From a virus (lineage: Duplodnaviria > Caudoviricetes): a stretch of 64,000 nt of DNA. The notes beneath the pieces were generated by a model. That model was not told the origin of the DNA. It did no database searches and saw only the letters and a list, made by a program, of their open reading frames with translations. Below are positions 31,172-40,945 of the stretch, piece by piece. Positions within the stretch are counted from its first letter, which is position 1; each line of letters opens with the position of its first letter. Both the position numbers and the translations under genes were made by a program. The stretch spans positions 1-64,000 of IMG/VR virus record IMGVR_UViG_3300028591_000131. One strand, written 5' to 3'.

Positions 31172-31523
31172 AGATATAAGTCATAAATGAAGAAATACTC
31201 CCAGTAATTAATATAAGTAGTAGTATTTCGTTAAAAATAATTGCAGTTATAGAAAAAACAAACAGTTGGTCTAAAAAATCAAAAAGCAATGCGACTATCA
31301 ACGTAATATATAAAACTTTAGACCATGTTGAGACGTATAGCGACCTGCTAATTGTATAAAGACCAACTGTTAAAAATAAGGAAGTTCCGAAAAATGTACA
31401 AATAAACGATGTAACAACAATGCCAAGCAAATCCAGTATTATATCAATTAATGTTGCTATGGTTATTACCACCGGACATATTTGCAAAAAACGTATAGTT
31501 TTTCGGATACTTCCTAATATCAT
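31146..31523 (-). CDS. Small multi-pass membrane protein
   Basis: 125 aa with about four hydrophobic helices. Confidence 0.7.
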   Translation of the reverse strand: MILGSIRKTIRFLQICPVVITIATLIDIILDLLGIVVTSFICTFFGTSLFLTVGLYTISRSLYVSTWSKVLYITLIVALLFDFLDQLFVFSITAIIFNEILLLILITGSISSFMTYIYDKFKYRF

Positions 31524-31816
31524 TTACGATGTCCTTTTCTTGCACCCAATCGACCACGAGTTGCTGCGGTTCTTGTACTACCACCACAAGCATATATATC
31601 GATATAAGGTGACCAACCGTTTAATTTACCACCATAACTCATAGGAGTTTGTTGATACATTGCCTCTTCTGGTACTTGTTCTTGAGGCATTTGTTGTGTC
31701 ATTTGTGGTGCTTGTTGCATAACACTCTGTTCTTGTTGTGTTCGTTGTGCAACATAATTTTGTAGCACATCCAATGGAATTTGGTTTAATATTTGAATCA
31801 TCTGTTGTTCATCCAT
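31520..31816 (-). CDS. Gln-rich small protein with MSYGG/YACGG motifs and basic tail
   Basis: 98 aa; own promoter at 31838; 4-nt overlap with the next gene. Confidence 0.65.
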   Translation of the reverse strand: MDEQQMIQILNQIPLDVLQNYVAQRTQQEQSVMQQAPQMTQQMPQEQVPEEAMYQQTPMSYGGKLNGWSPYIDIYACGGSTRTAATRGRLGARKGHRK

Positions 31817-31837
31817 ATTCTTAATTTTTAATTAGAC

Positions 31838-31847
31838 TGCAAAGATA
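31838..31847 (-). promoter_or_regulatory. Bacteroidota promoter (-7 box)
   Basis: TATCTTTGCA with upstream T-tract. Confidence 0.78.
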
Positions 31848-31871
31848 CAAAAAATTTCAATACAAAACGCA

Positions 31872-32378
31872 TTATTGATAAAATTTATAATCATTTAATC
31901 TATTTAACCAACCTTTCAAGAATTTCTTATTATTACCAACTTGTGCAATATTAGTCAACCAAATTTTACGCATTGTCCATAATTTGTCAAAAGTACGTTT
32001 GTAGTTTTTATCGTTTAATAAAGCTAATGTTTTAGGACCCACTATACCATCAGCTGTAGTACCCAAACAAGATTGGATTTTCTTGATTGCTGTTATTGGA
32101 CCACTACCCCAACACATTTGCACACACAAATTAGCAATAGATTGATTTTCTATTAAATCGGCTTTCATTTTATCCCAATAACCAACTTTTAAAATATGTT
32201 TCCATTGTTCATTTGTAATATTACGCAAATCATTACAAGTTTTGAATTTACCGTAATATTTACGAAAAGTTGCTATGGTAATACCTTTCATTGTACAACC
32301 ACCACGATCGTCTTTATCGTTAGCATAACCACCTTCCCATTTTAAAATCAGTGGTATTAGTTTATTGATATCTGCCAT
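31872..32378 (-). CDS. Endolysin, glycoside hydrolase family 108 with peptidoglycan-binding C-terminus
   Basis: WEGGYAND.DDRGG.T.KGIT, DGIVGPKTL, FLKGWLNRL. Confidence 0.92.
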   Translation of the reverse strand: MADINKLIPLILKWEGGYANDKDDRGGCTMKGITIATFRKYYGKFKTCNDLRNITNEQWKHILKVGYWDKMKADLIENQSIANLCVQMCWGSGPITAIKKIQSCLGTTADGIVGPKTLALLNDKNYKRTFDKLWTMRKIWLTNIAQVGNNKKFLKGWLNRLNDYKFYQ

Positions 32379-32403
32379 ATTAATATAATTATTTTATTAG
32401 TAT

Positions 32404-32841
32404 TTATGTTCTATACTGTCTGTAAATTTCAAACGCTTTTATCCGCTGTTTTTCAGTGAGCCAAAGTCCGCTGTTCTTGATATAGCATTCGTATATGTAT
32501 GTTTCGTATTTATGTTTGTCGTCAAGCGCAAAGAAAAGATTTTCAAGTTTTTTGATATCGTTCAACGTAGCCCCTATATATTCACAGAACTCCGGAACAA
32601 GGAATTTTCCAGCTGTCAATGGATCGTTTTGTCGTATACAATCATCTATTAATTCAAGGCCTTTGTTTGGGTACAGAAACCTGTCGGAGCTGTCTTTGCG
32701 CAACATCAGCGCCTGCGGTTGTGGGAACCAATCGTCAAACAAGTGTACATAATCTTTGTCTTTGCTGCAAAAACCATCCATCCCGTCAAAGAAAGCATTC
32801 GAACCCACGACAAAAACAGCGACTTCTTTAGCATTCTTCAT
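32404..32841 (-). CDS. Hypothetical protein, possible minimal pol-beta nucleotidyltransferase
   Basis: VVGS-x13-DKD resembles hG[GS]x(9-13)DxD. Confidence 0.45.
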   Translation of the reverse strand: MKNAKEVAVFVVGSNAFFDGMDGFCSKDKDYVHLFDDWFPQPQALMLRKDSSDRFLYPNKGLELIDDCIRQNDPLTAGKFLVPEFCEYIGATLNDIKKLENLFFALDDKHKYETYIYECYIKNSGLWLTEKQRIKAFEIYRQYRT

Positions 32842-34172
32842 TATGGCGTATAATCTATAAGATTTCTCGTTTTTTGTTCAGAAGAACTATATACTTGCAT
32901 GCTGTCTACTGTCAGAAGATAATAAGGTATTTCCGTTATTGCAAGATTTTCTCCACAATTCGACACGGTGTTTGATCGTATAAAAGAATAATTGGCAGGA
33001 ACCAATACAACATAATAATCACCTAATAGGACAGTTCCATTAAAATCGGCCGGCGAATATGTAAAATATTGTTCATTGTTGAATGTCATTGACCCGGTTT
33101 TGGTATATATCGTCGGTTTTGCATTGGAATATGTCGATGTTTGCAATGCTTCTACATAAGACGCAACTGTTGACAATGACATTTCTTCCATACACCATGG
33201 AACATTGTCCGCTATGAACGATGATGGCCCATAACAAGGTATCGAGTTCCCGTCAATATAAAGAGCGTTCTGGTCAAACATGACGGATCGGTCAGCCATC
33301 GATTGCCAGTAACCGTTTACTTTCTTATGTACATATTCAATGTTTTCCCACACGCCGTTCACTTTGACTTTTACGTTTCGTGCTTTTTTCCAAACTCCGT
33401 TACGCTTAACGTAAACTTTGTTCCCGGAAATATTGAAAACAATCACATGATCGTCGTTTACATTCGACAATGTGTAAATGGCGCTGACAGAACCTCCTGT
33501 TTGCGGTACAAGGTCTGATGTGACATCTATGTAATTGTCGGTAACCTCGACATTTGTAAGGTCGCCGACAATTTCAAAAGATCGTCCGTCTCCAGCATAT
33601 ATGTTTGCACTTGCAGGTGACATCGATACACCCGGTACATTGCTGACAGATGTTATCTCGTATACTATTTGGTTATAGGTATAATTGATATTAAGCGTAG
33701 CACCATAAAACTGGAAATAGTAACTTGTATTTGTACTGCTTGAACCTCGTATTGCATAAAGCTGTATTCTGAAACTTTTGCCTGATATATCCGAAGCTGT
33801 CAATGTGCCGATATCCATATTGAAAGCGGTTGTGCTGGAATCGACCGTATGTGCATTTCCTATTACTTCATTCCCACAAAGTATTTGTGCTATCCTTGTT
33901 TGCACTCTGCTTGCTGTAGTATTGCTAATTGAGCATTTGACTGAACACGATATAGAGTTGATTGTGGCATCCGAAGGAATATTCAGAATTGGAAAATTAT
34001 AAAACACATTTGTAACAGCGTTTTGCCCTCTTGTCAAATATATTCTGGCATAAGTTGCACTTGTGCTATCTGTGTAACCATTTTCCACATCACTGTTTGA
34101 GTAGGAGGAAACACCTGAAAAGCCAGTTGGGTGTTGCGACAACTCGTTTGTTACTATTGTTGATGTACTCAT
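32841..34172 (-). CDS. Tail fibre/spike-associated protein
   Basis: Ser/Thr-rich beta domain, Ig-like YTLSNVNDDH.I, repeated KxNGxW motif. Confidence 0.65.
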   Translation of the reverse strand: MSTSTIVTNELSQHPTGFSGVSSYSNSDVENGYTDSTSATYARIYLTRGQNAVTNVFYNFPILNIPSDATINSISCSVKCSISNTTASRVQTRIAQILCGNEVIGNAHTVDSSTTAFNMDIGTLTASDISGKSFRIQLYAIRGSSSTNTSYYFQFYGATLNINYTYNQIVYEITSVSNVPGVSMSPASANIYAGDGRSFEIVGDLTNVEVTDNYIDVTSDLVPQTGGSVSAIYTLSNVNDDHVIVFNISGNKVYVKRNGVWKKARNVKVKVNGVWENIEYVHKKVNGYWQSMADRSVMFDQNALYIDGNSIPCYGPSSFIADNVPWCMEEMSLSTVASYVEALQTSTYSNAKPTIYTKTGSMTFNNEQYFTYSPADFNGTVLLGDYYVVLVPANYSFIRSNTVSNCGENLAITEIPYYLLTVDSMQVYSSSEQKTRNLIDYTP

Positions 34173-35686
34173 TACGATACTGTTTGAATGTAAATGTCGC
34201 CGTCGCTGCCAGTGGATGACGACGGTGCTGTTGAACCGCTGTAGATGGTAACGCCTCCGATTGTCAAATCACCGCTGCCGAGCAGAGAGTTGCCGTTAAT
34301 AGTCTTGATGTTCTGCCCAGTCGTTTGCGTACCTATAAGTTTATCTTGTTTGGAGTTCCAATCGTCCTGTCCTTCAGACCATGTGCCGTTCAGATACTTT
34401 ATGTATTTGAAAGACAAAAGTTGTCCTGTGTTTTGCACAGCATGAAAACGGCACGACACATCGACGCAAGTTTCAAGATAATATACAGTCGTGTTAGATT
34501 TGCAAACAATTATTTTCCCTGCTGTATATGCATTATAAATATCTGTGATGGTTTTATCCATCGTATGATTAGTTATGTCGTAATTACACACAAGCACTTC
34601 TTCTGTACCACCACCGCCGCTTTGCGTCACCCATTCAACACCTGTCTCGCCGCTGTTGACCGCCAACACCTTGCCTGAGTTTCCGCTCATCGAAGGCAAT
34701 TCGTCCAGCTTATGCTGCAGCGTACCGTAGGTCTTGACGTACCAGTCGCGGAACTGTAAAGGGGTGAGGTTGGAAACGCAACGGACGGAACAAGCAACAG
34801 ATTTAGTGCGTGCAGCATATGCTATAACGGCCGTAGCATAATTCAAATTTAAAACTAACACATTTTCACTACCGCTGCTTAATGTTGTTGTATATATTTC
34901 AGATGAAATCGTAGTATACTCAAATGCACCATTAGACCATCTATGTCCTGTTGGATATATATTTAATCCAGTCGCATTGTTTGTTGATTGGTCGTTACCT
35001 GTATTTCCTGCTACTGCTGTATTCGAATTCCAATACGATGTTGAAGCAAGTGATTTTGATATTTTAGTTGGACTGTTAGAATATATAAAGCGAGATTGTT
35101 TTTGAACGTAATTTACTAAATAATTGTTTATTTCAACATAACTCGGTACATGCCATCCGTTTGGAGCTATTCCTTGTACACCGCTTGGAGCCAAACCACT
35201 TGTTCCCGCTCCATTCATAACAGCAGGCCAATTATACAAATAACCACGTTTCTCCAACGGTATTGAAGATGTTGAATAGTCGTAATAATATGCTGTTGAT
35301 GTACTTGTTGAAGAACCGCCGTTCGGTATCGCCGTACCATCCGCATAATGAGTCGTTCTCAAATGCTCGCCAAGCCACACTTGGTCGCCAATCACGACAG
35401 CACCGTACCAGTTGCCGTCGTAGTCCTGCACTGCGTTCGGAAAATAGAAACCATCATGCAAGTTGGCGTCACCCAATGAAGAGTCCGTTATCTGCTCGTG
35501 GTTGACAGTGCGGTGCGACGGCACAACACTGCTTGCAGGAGTGTTCACAAACTGCTGTTGCGTGGAATCATACTGCAACAAATCGTTAGCAGCAGGATTG
35601 GTGATTTCAATCCTGCTGTCTGTCAACTCAATAGGAGTACCCGCCGTGCCATCCACGACGGGTATCAACTTGTTAGCTTTTGCCAT
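34172..35686 (-). CDS. Tail fibre / receptor-binding protein with Fib_succ_major domain
   Basis: DYDGNWYGAVVIGDQVWLGEHLR...GYLYNW...QGIAPNGWHVPS...SVRCV, then NIKTINGNSLLGSGDL and G.DGDIYIQ tail-fibre motifs. Confidence 0.8.
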   Translation of the reverse strand: MAKANKLIPVVDGTAGTPIELTDSRIEITNPAANDLLQYDSTQQQFVNTPASSVVPSHRTVNHEQITDSSLGDANLHDGFYFPNAVQDYDGNWYGAVVIGDQVWLGEHLRTTHYADGTAIPNGGSSTSTSTAYYYDYSTSSIPLEKRGYLYNWPAVMNGAGTSGLAPSGVQGIAPNGWHVPSYVEINNYLVNYVQKQSRFIYSNSPTKISKSLASTSYWNSNTAVAGNTGNDQSTNNATGLNIYPTGHRWSNGAFEYTTISSEIYTTTLSSGSENVLVLNLNYATAVIAYAARTKSVACSVRCVSNLTPLQFRDWYVKTYGTLQHKLDELPSMSGNSGKVLAVNSGETGVEWVTQSGGGGTEEVLVCNYDITNHTMDKTITDIYNAYTAGKIIVCKSNTTVYYLETCVDVSCRFHAVQNTGQLLSFKYIKYLNGTWSEGQDDWNSKQDKLIGTQTTGQNIKTINGNSLLGSGDLTIGGVTIYSGSTAPSSSTGSDGDIYIQTVS

Positions 35687-35688
35687 GA

Positions 35689-35883
35689 TTATTCGGTTTC
35701 GTTGTCAATGGGTTCCTCTTCTGTCTGCGGCCATTCGCTCATAGACAGCTCTTCAAAATCCTCAGGTCTGCTCAACGTGCCGAGACTTATGGACTCTCCA
35801 TACACAGAGCCGTCTTTTTTGCGAAGGAAATTGCCGTTGTCGGCAGTTATAACCACATGCTTGTCTTTCTCTGTAATAGTCAT
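35689..35883 (-). CDS. Small tail-fibre-associated protein (chaperone-like)
   Basis: 64 aa; ITADNG.FL...YG.SISLG...FEE; between fibre genes. Confidence 0.55.
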   Translation of the reverse strand: MTITEKDKHVVITADNGNFLRKKDGSVYGESISLGTLSRPEDFEELSMSEWPQTEEEPIDNETE

Positions 35884-35900
35884 ATCTTCAAAATTTAATG

Positions 35901-38354
35901 TTAAATGTCAACACGTGTCCATCCTGCGGGTACACCGTTTGCGCTGTTTGTCGGTAAGTCAAGAACTGCCGGACAATAAATTGCTCCTTGTGGAGCAACA
36001 TTCAACAACCAGTTGGTAAATGCATTTGTATTATAGTTTTCAATGTGTACTTCTACTTCATCCAATGTACTACAGCCAGAAAATATTCCATAAATACTAT
36101 AATCGCGTGTTGTTTTGTGATTTATAATCGGTCGACCTTTTATTTCATTGTTTTTGAATAAATTCATAAGACGTCCTTCATCAGAAAGCGTTATAACTTT
36201 CTCCGGGAATTTACATAACAATGATTCCACACAACCATTTACTATAACTCCTGCGGGCAAAGTAAAATAAAAACCGTTACTTGCGCTATAACAAAGTCCG
36301 GTCGGTGTCTCACTCTTATTACGCAAATAAACACGTTCATTACTCGCAATTTGTAAAAATCTGTCTCCTCCTGAATTTGCATTCCACGTAGTCCAGTTTA
36401 CACCGTCCAACGAGTATTCAAAATCAGGATTGCTTAACGCGTTGTTTTTATAAAGTATAATATTGCCTCCTTCGGGTATGATAAAGTTCAAATACCGTCT
36501 GAACGGAGCTATTGCCGTGTTAATCTGCAAATCGTCATACAGCGGCACTTTCTTCAAATCCTTGTTGGAGAAACTTATGTTTTGAGCCGCAGCTGTGGCA
36601 GTACCAAGAGCCGTGATAGCGGTCACAGGAATGTTGCCGCTTGCGACAGTCACGCTGCCTGCGGCAGACTTGCTGATGGAAGCACCTGTAAGCACGGAAC
36701 CGTTGTTGTCGGCAGTGACAGAGGCCGTGAACACAGGCTGTGTGATAGTGCCGACACCGTTAAGCACAGTGGACTGTTCGAAAGCGACGGTCTTATATAC
36801 GCTTTCAGTCTCCGTGGAGACGTTGGTGATGACGTTGACATCGCTTGAAGAGCTTGTAGCGTTCTGCAAAGTGGGTACAAGTACATCCGTTGCGTTTGTA
36901 GCCTTCTTCGGAACGCTGACACTACCTGAAATGGCGGTGTAAACCTCGTCGCCGTATTGCTCGTTGTTGTTCTCCGTGTTCGTGGAGGCGATGTCGCCGG
37001 TGGCGAAACGCTTGGCAGTGTCCACTTCAGCGACAGTGACAGACTGCGAATCAATACCGGTGAGAATAATTGCGCCAACTTTGTCGCTGCCACTTAATGA
37101 TCCAGTTGCCACTGTTGTGCTGGACCCGGATCGTTCAGCTATGTTTTTGTTTGTGGTTGTACTTATATCTGCAAGAACTGTCGCCGCTCCGGAATTGCCG
37201 GTGAAATTTCCTTTCGCATACGTTTCATTTGCAGAGGCTATCTTCAACGAAGGTAAAGTCTTGAAACTTATCACAAGAGTCTCGTTGTCTGCATTTGCAA
37301 AGACGCCTGAAGAGCCGTCCGTTACGGAAGAGTACATATGGATGTCGAGGTTGGCGACAGTGTCCTTCCATTCGTTGTTCTGGGCATTGTTTGTCGTGAT
37401 AGCCTCCACCTTGTTGATAGTTCCTGTGTCCAATGTTCCATACGTGCCTTCTATACTGGTGACAGCCGTGACGCCATTATAATTTACGGTATGAATTTGT
37501 GTCGTTTCCAGTTTGCTGGTCACTGCAGACACAAGGTCGCTTCCGGATATTGTTTTGCTTTTGGCGGGAACGACAGTGTCTGTAATAAGCTTCCTCTTTG
37601 TGGAGCCTGTGAAATCAACAGCCACTGACTCGTTGGTGTCCTGCACGCCCCTGACAGTGGCGGTGGCAATCTTCTTCTTCGTGAACGTCGTGGAGCTCTT
37701 GAGTACCGTTTCCTTGGCGGAATTTGTGGTGTCCAGAGCACTCAAGACGCTTGTCGTGGATGGCGTGATGGCCACGTCGGTGCTGCGTGTCAGCGTGACA
37801 TTGCCCTTTGTCGGTGTCAGCGTGTATGTCGCGTCGGTGACATCAAACGTCGTGTTCGTGCCAAGGACGTTGGCTGTGGTATGCGTCCCGAAAGTCACGT
37901 TGCTAGAAGACGCCTGCAGAGTGGCGTTCTCACCGATGACATTGACACCCTGTCCTTTGTCAAGATCCACAGAATCCATATACGCCAAAGCGCCGAGGTT
38001 GCTCATCTCGGCACCCGTCTCACCAAGAGCTTCCCAGAACTTGACATTCTGGTCGTCTGTGGCTGCGGCATACTCGATGAAGTTGTTGGCACCGTTATCT
38101 CCGTTGTATACAAGATATAACGTCATCGGCATTGCGTCTGCGGGAGCCAGCGTTCCCGTATACACAGTGTCGTTGTAGCGCACGGACACTGTGTTGGGGA
38201 TGTTCGCCACATTGGGGACGCTCTTGCCGTTCCACGCTATGAAATAGTTGATACCACCCGCAAGCATCTCACGAGCGACAGTGTCTTTTATGTTATAAAT
38301 ACCGCCCGGAGAACCGTCAAGGGCGGGAATCAATATTTTACTAATATCTGCCAT
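35901..38354 (-). CDS. Long Thr/Ser-rich tail fibre protein
   Basis: 817 aa; YNIKD.VAR and LGALAY.D N-terminal motifs, Thr-rich shaft, C-terminal EYSLDG..W...WL.NV...G...P.GW domain. Confidence 0.75.
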   Translation of the reverse strand: MADISKILIPALDGSPGGIYNIKDTVAREMLAGGINYFIAWNGKSVPNVANIPNTVSVRYNDTVYTGTLAPADAMPMTLYLVYNGDNGANNFIEYAAATDDQNVKFWEALGETGAEMSNLGALAYMDSVDLDKGQGVNVIGENATLQASSSNVTFGTHTTANVLGTNTTFDVTDATYTLTPTKGNVTLTRSTDVAITPSTTSVLSALDTTNSAKETVLKSSTTFTKKKIATATVRGVQDTNESVAVDFTGSTKRKLITDTVVPAKSKTISGSDLVSAVTSKLETTQIHTVNYNGVTAVTSIEGTYGTLDTGTINKVEAITTNNAQNNEWKDTVANLDIHMYSSVTDGSSGVFANADNETLVISFKTLPSLKIASANETYAKGNFTGNSGAATVLADISTTTNKNIAERSGSSTTVATGSLSGSDKVGAIILTGIDSQSVTVAEVDTAKRFATGDIASTNTENNNEQYGDEVYTAISGSVSVPKKATNATDVLVPTLQNATSSSSDVNVITNVSTETESVYKTVAFEQSTVLNGVGTITQPVFTASVTADNNGSVLTGASISKSAAGSVTVASGNIPVTAITALGTATAAAQNISFSNKDLKKVPLYDDLQINTAIAPFRRYLNFIIPEGGNIILYKNNALSNPDFEYSLDGVNWTTWNANSGGDRFLQIASNERVYLRNKSETPTGLCYSASNGFYFTLPAGVIVNGCVESLLCKFPEKVITLSDEGRLMNLFKNNEIKGRPIINHKTTRDYSIYGIFSGCSTLDEVEVHIENYNTNAFTNWLLNVAPQGAIYCPAVLDLPTNSANGVPAGWTRVDI

Positions 38355-38369
38355 ATTATTATTTTGTTG

Positions 38370-38894
38370 TTAGTTTCTGTTCAATAATAAAGTACCTTCC
38401 TCGTCCACTGGGTAATCGGGATCCACGTTGAGCTTGTTGTTCCAGAACTCTCTTTCGCCCGGATTCAGGTGGCGGTTGTCGTCCTCGATATGCTGTTGAA
38501 GGCTCTCGGCTATATGCTGGTTCACAAACCTGAGGTTTGCCAGCCATGCGTTGCCAGTACCTATTTTCATCTGTGGTGTCGTAATTTCAAGACCATCTGC
38601 GCCAATGACTTTAGCATCTGTATAAATATAAATATCACCTTCTTTTGGTATACATGGATTTGCTGCCCAATATTCTGTGGTATTGTAATATATACCACGA
38701 GCTTTATCCATCCTGACTTTGAATTCCCTGCGACCAAAAAGTGCATTGTCAACTCCTGTACGATAACCCACTAAAAACTCCTCGGGATTACCTTCGGGGT
38801 CGTGGTTATAATTATTTTCCGGTGTACTATATTCGTAACCATCATCGGTTTTCAAATCAAAATCCTCAAACTTCCTAAATTTTATATCAGCCAT
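38370..38894 (-). CDS. Tail fibre protein (Mtd_N/hyaluronidase-N-like domain)
   Basis: W.ANP.IPKEG.I.I..D...KIGTG..W..L.F and HI.D...H....ER..WN.K. Confidence 0.7.
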   Translation of the reverse strand: MADIKFRKFEDFDLKTDDGYEYSTPENNYNHDPEGNPEEFLVGYRTGVDNALFGRREFKVRMDKARGIYYNTTEYWAANPCIPKEGDIYIYTDAKVIGADGLEITTPQMKIGTGNAWLANLRFVNQHIAESLQQHIEDDNRHLNPGEREFWNNKLNVDPDYPVDEEGTLLLNRN

Positions 38895-38905
38895 AGTATT
38901 GTGTT

Positions 38906-39835
38906 TTAGTGAGGGTTCTTTGTTATTTGTGTTATTTCGTAATACACGGAATTGCTTGAAACAACTTTCGTTTTTACCATAACCGTCATGCCCGCCGCAA
39001 CGGATTTTAATGTATCATTCGCTGCGTATACGTTTGTCACGGAAATAAGGCTTGAGTTCGCACTAGCTGAAAACGTCAATGCAACTGTCTGTTCATTTGA
39101 TGAGTTGTCGATGATTATACATTGGCGTTTATCTCGGATGTATATGTTGTGCACAGTCGTTCCATTATCTATGTTGACAACGCTCCATTCATCATAATTG
39201 TCTTCATTCACTAAAGTCCAAGTATTACTATTTGTACCATCATATTTAAGATCACATTCTTGTGAATTTGTGTGACGTAATGATGAAAACATTATTGTGT
39301 CCAGATCGCCGGCTAAAGATAAATAGAAGTATTGACCAGGAAATACGTTTTTACAAATAACAATTTTGTTGTTGGTGTAGGCTGTTACAATTTCTTGTGC
39401 TGTTAAACCAGTTACAGTATATTTACCAGTAGATGAATTGTATTCAGCAGTACAAATTAATACATCGTTGTTTGACACAGCTGAAATAACCTTATCGTTG
39501 TTATTTCCATTTGTGATGGTAATATTTGATCCAGCAGTAAGATTTAAAGATATTTTTCCAAGATTTTGCGAAGATTGATCGTTATTTACTATCACACCCT
39601 CTCCAGACCAATAAGGACCCACATGATATAACAATGGGGTCAGTAAAGAAACTGTGTTATCACCAACAATAAATAAATGATTTCGTTTGTTGTGTGATTC
39701 TTGGTAATATAATGTACTTGCAAATGTATATGGGGAACCATATGGCAATACTACGGAATTAGCTGTTAAAACATCTTCTGCCGTTTGATTATATAAAGAT
39801 CTCGCTCTTGGAAATTTTATTAATGTATCGTCCAT
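38906..39835 (-). CDS. Tail fibre-associated protein
   Basis: LTAGSNITI repeat; VLIC...EI..AY...KIVICK domain shared with 34172-35686. Confidence 0.6.
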   Translation of the reverse strand: MDDTLIKFPRARSLYNQTAEDVLTANSVVLPYGSPYTFASTLYYQESHNKRNHLFIVGDNTVSLLTPLLYHVGPYWSGEGVIVNNDQSSQNLGKISLNLTAGSNITITNGNNNDKVISAVSNNDVLICTAEYNSSTGKYTVTGLTAQEIVTAYTNNKIVICKNVFPGQYFYLSLAGDLDTIMFSSLRHTNSQECDLKYDGTNSNTWTLVNEDNYDEWSVVNIDNGTTVHNIYIRDKRQCIIIDNSSNEQTVALTFSASANSSLISVTNVYAANDTLKSVAAGMTVMVKTKVVSSNSVYYEITQITKNPH

Positions 39836-39844
39836 AATTGTTTG

Positions 39845-40924
39845 TTATTGAATTAATCCCCCGTCTATGCAATGTATTTTAATTATAACCGTATCTTCTG
39901 AATTTGAATTGGTAACCGACATTCTAATATCTGTTCCATTATCGTTCCCATCTGATGCAATTCCTTTTAACATAATTGGAGTATTATCACCAGACAATCT
40001 CAACACTGCAAAATGAGATTCTGCAGGATCTGTTCCAACAATTTGCGAACCTAATGTAGCAGTTAATGTTTGATTTACAGCAGTTCCACCGCCATCACTA
40101 CCCTCTGGAAGAGTATATGTAGTATTCGTATAACCAATAACTCTACCGTAATTATCTACAGATAACGATGTTATGGCATTAAATGTACCTTCGTGAACTA
40201 ACGCTGACGGGGTTGCCGATGAGATGTTTACTGTTACTTGACTTAAATTCAAAGTGTCGGTAGCAGAATCCAAAGTTAAGGTTGTACCGTAGTTTGGTCT
40301 TAGTGTACCAGTAATATCACATAAATGATTTTTATTTAAAGTACTGTTAACCCATAAATAAACATGGTTTGATAATATATCGTTGGAATTATAATTTTCA
40401 AAAACGTTAATGTTGTCACTTAATAAATTCGACCCAGATACAATGTTAATATTGTTAATGTATTCAGAATTAATTAGAGACGATTCGTTATTAAAAACCA
40501 TATGGTTACCTAATACGAGTGCATTTCCAGTCGTAGTAAATGGATTGTAAATTGGATATACTGAAGACTCATACAAAAGTTTAAACGGATTTGTATCTGA
40601 AGCCAAAGATAAAAGCAAAGTATCATATCTAAAAGTTAGATTAGAGACCATTTCACCATTGACAAATACGTTATCCAATTCAAATAAAGATTGACTACCA
40701 GAAGGTAGCGTGTTAGTATACAGATGAGGATTTATACAAACGTTATCAATCCACAATTGACGATGATACGTTTGAACCCAAGGCTCACAAACAATCGTGT
40801 TTAAGTTTGTGATATGGTTATTCATATCAGATATAAGTGGATAATCGTTGTTCATTAGAGTATGATCAATCGGATCCTCTGAATTTCTTGTACGTTTGAA
40901 TCTTATTTTTGAATATTCTGCCAT
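39845..40924 (-). CDS. Tail fibre-associated protein
   Basis: ITSLSVDNYGRV motif, IDGG C-terminus, Asn/Ser/Thr-rich. Confidence 0.6.
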   Translation of the reverse strand: MAEYSKIRFKRTRNSEDPIDHTLMNNDYPLISDMNNHITNLNTIVCEPWVQTYHRQLWIDNVCINPHLYTNTLPSGSQSLFELDNVFVNGEMVSNLTFRYDTLLLSLASDTNPFKLLYESSVYPIYNPFTTTGNALVLGNHMVFNNESSLINSEYINNINIVSGSNLLSDNINVFENYNSNDILSNHVYLWVNSTLNKNHLCDITGTLRPNYGTTLTLDSATDTLNLSQVTVNISSATPSALVHEGTFNAITSLSVDNYGRVIGYTNTTYTLPEGSDGGGTAVNQTLTATLGSQIVGTDPAESHFAVLRLSGDNTPIMLKGIASDGNDNGTDIRMSVTNSNSEDTVIIKIHCIDGGLIQ

Positions 40925-40945
40925 TTTTTCTCAATTTTGTGTTAC

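Noticed and set aside
34172-35686. Diversity-generating retroelement
   Set aside because: No reverse transcriptase and no template/variable repeat pair seen in this window.
36582-38178. Several long plus-strand ORFs (e.g. 221 and 172 aa; also 48349-49098)
   Set aside because: Antisense shadows of well-supported minus-strand genes in stop-poor, higher-GC sequence.
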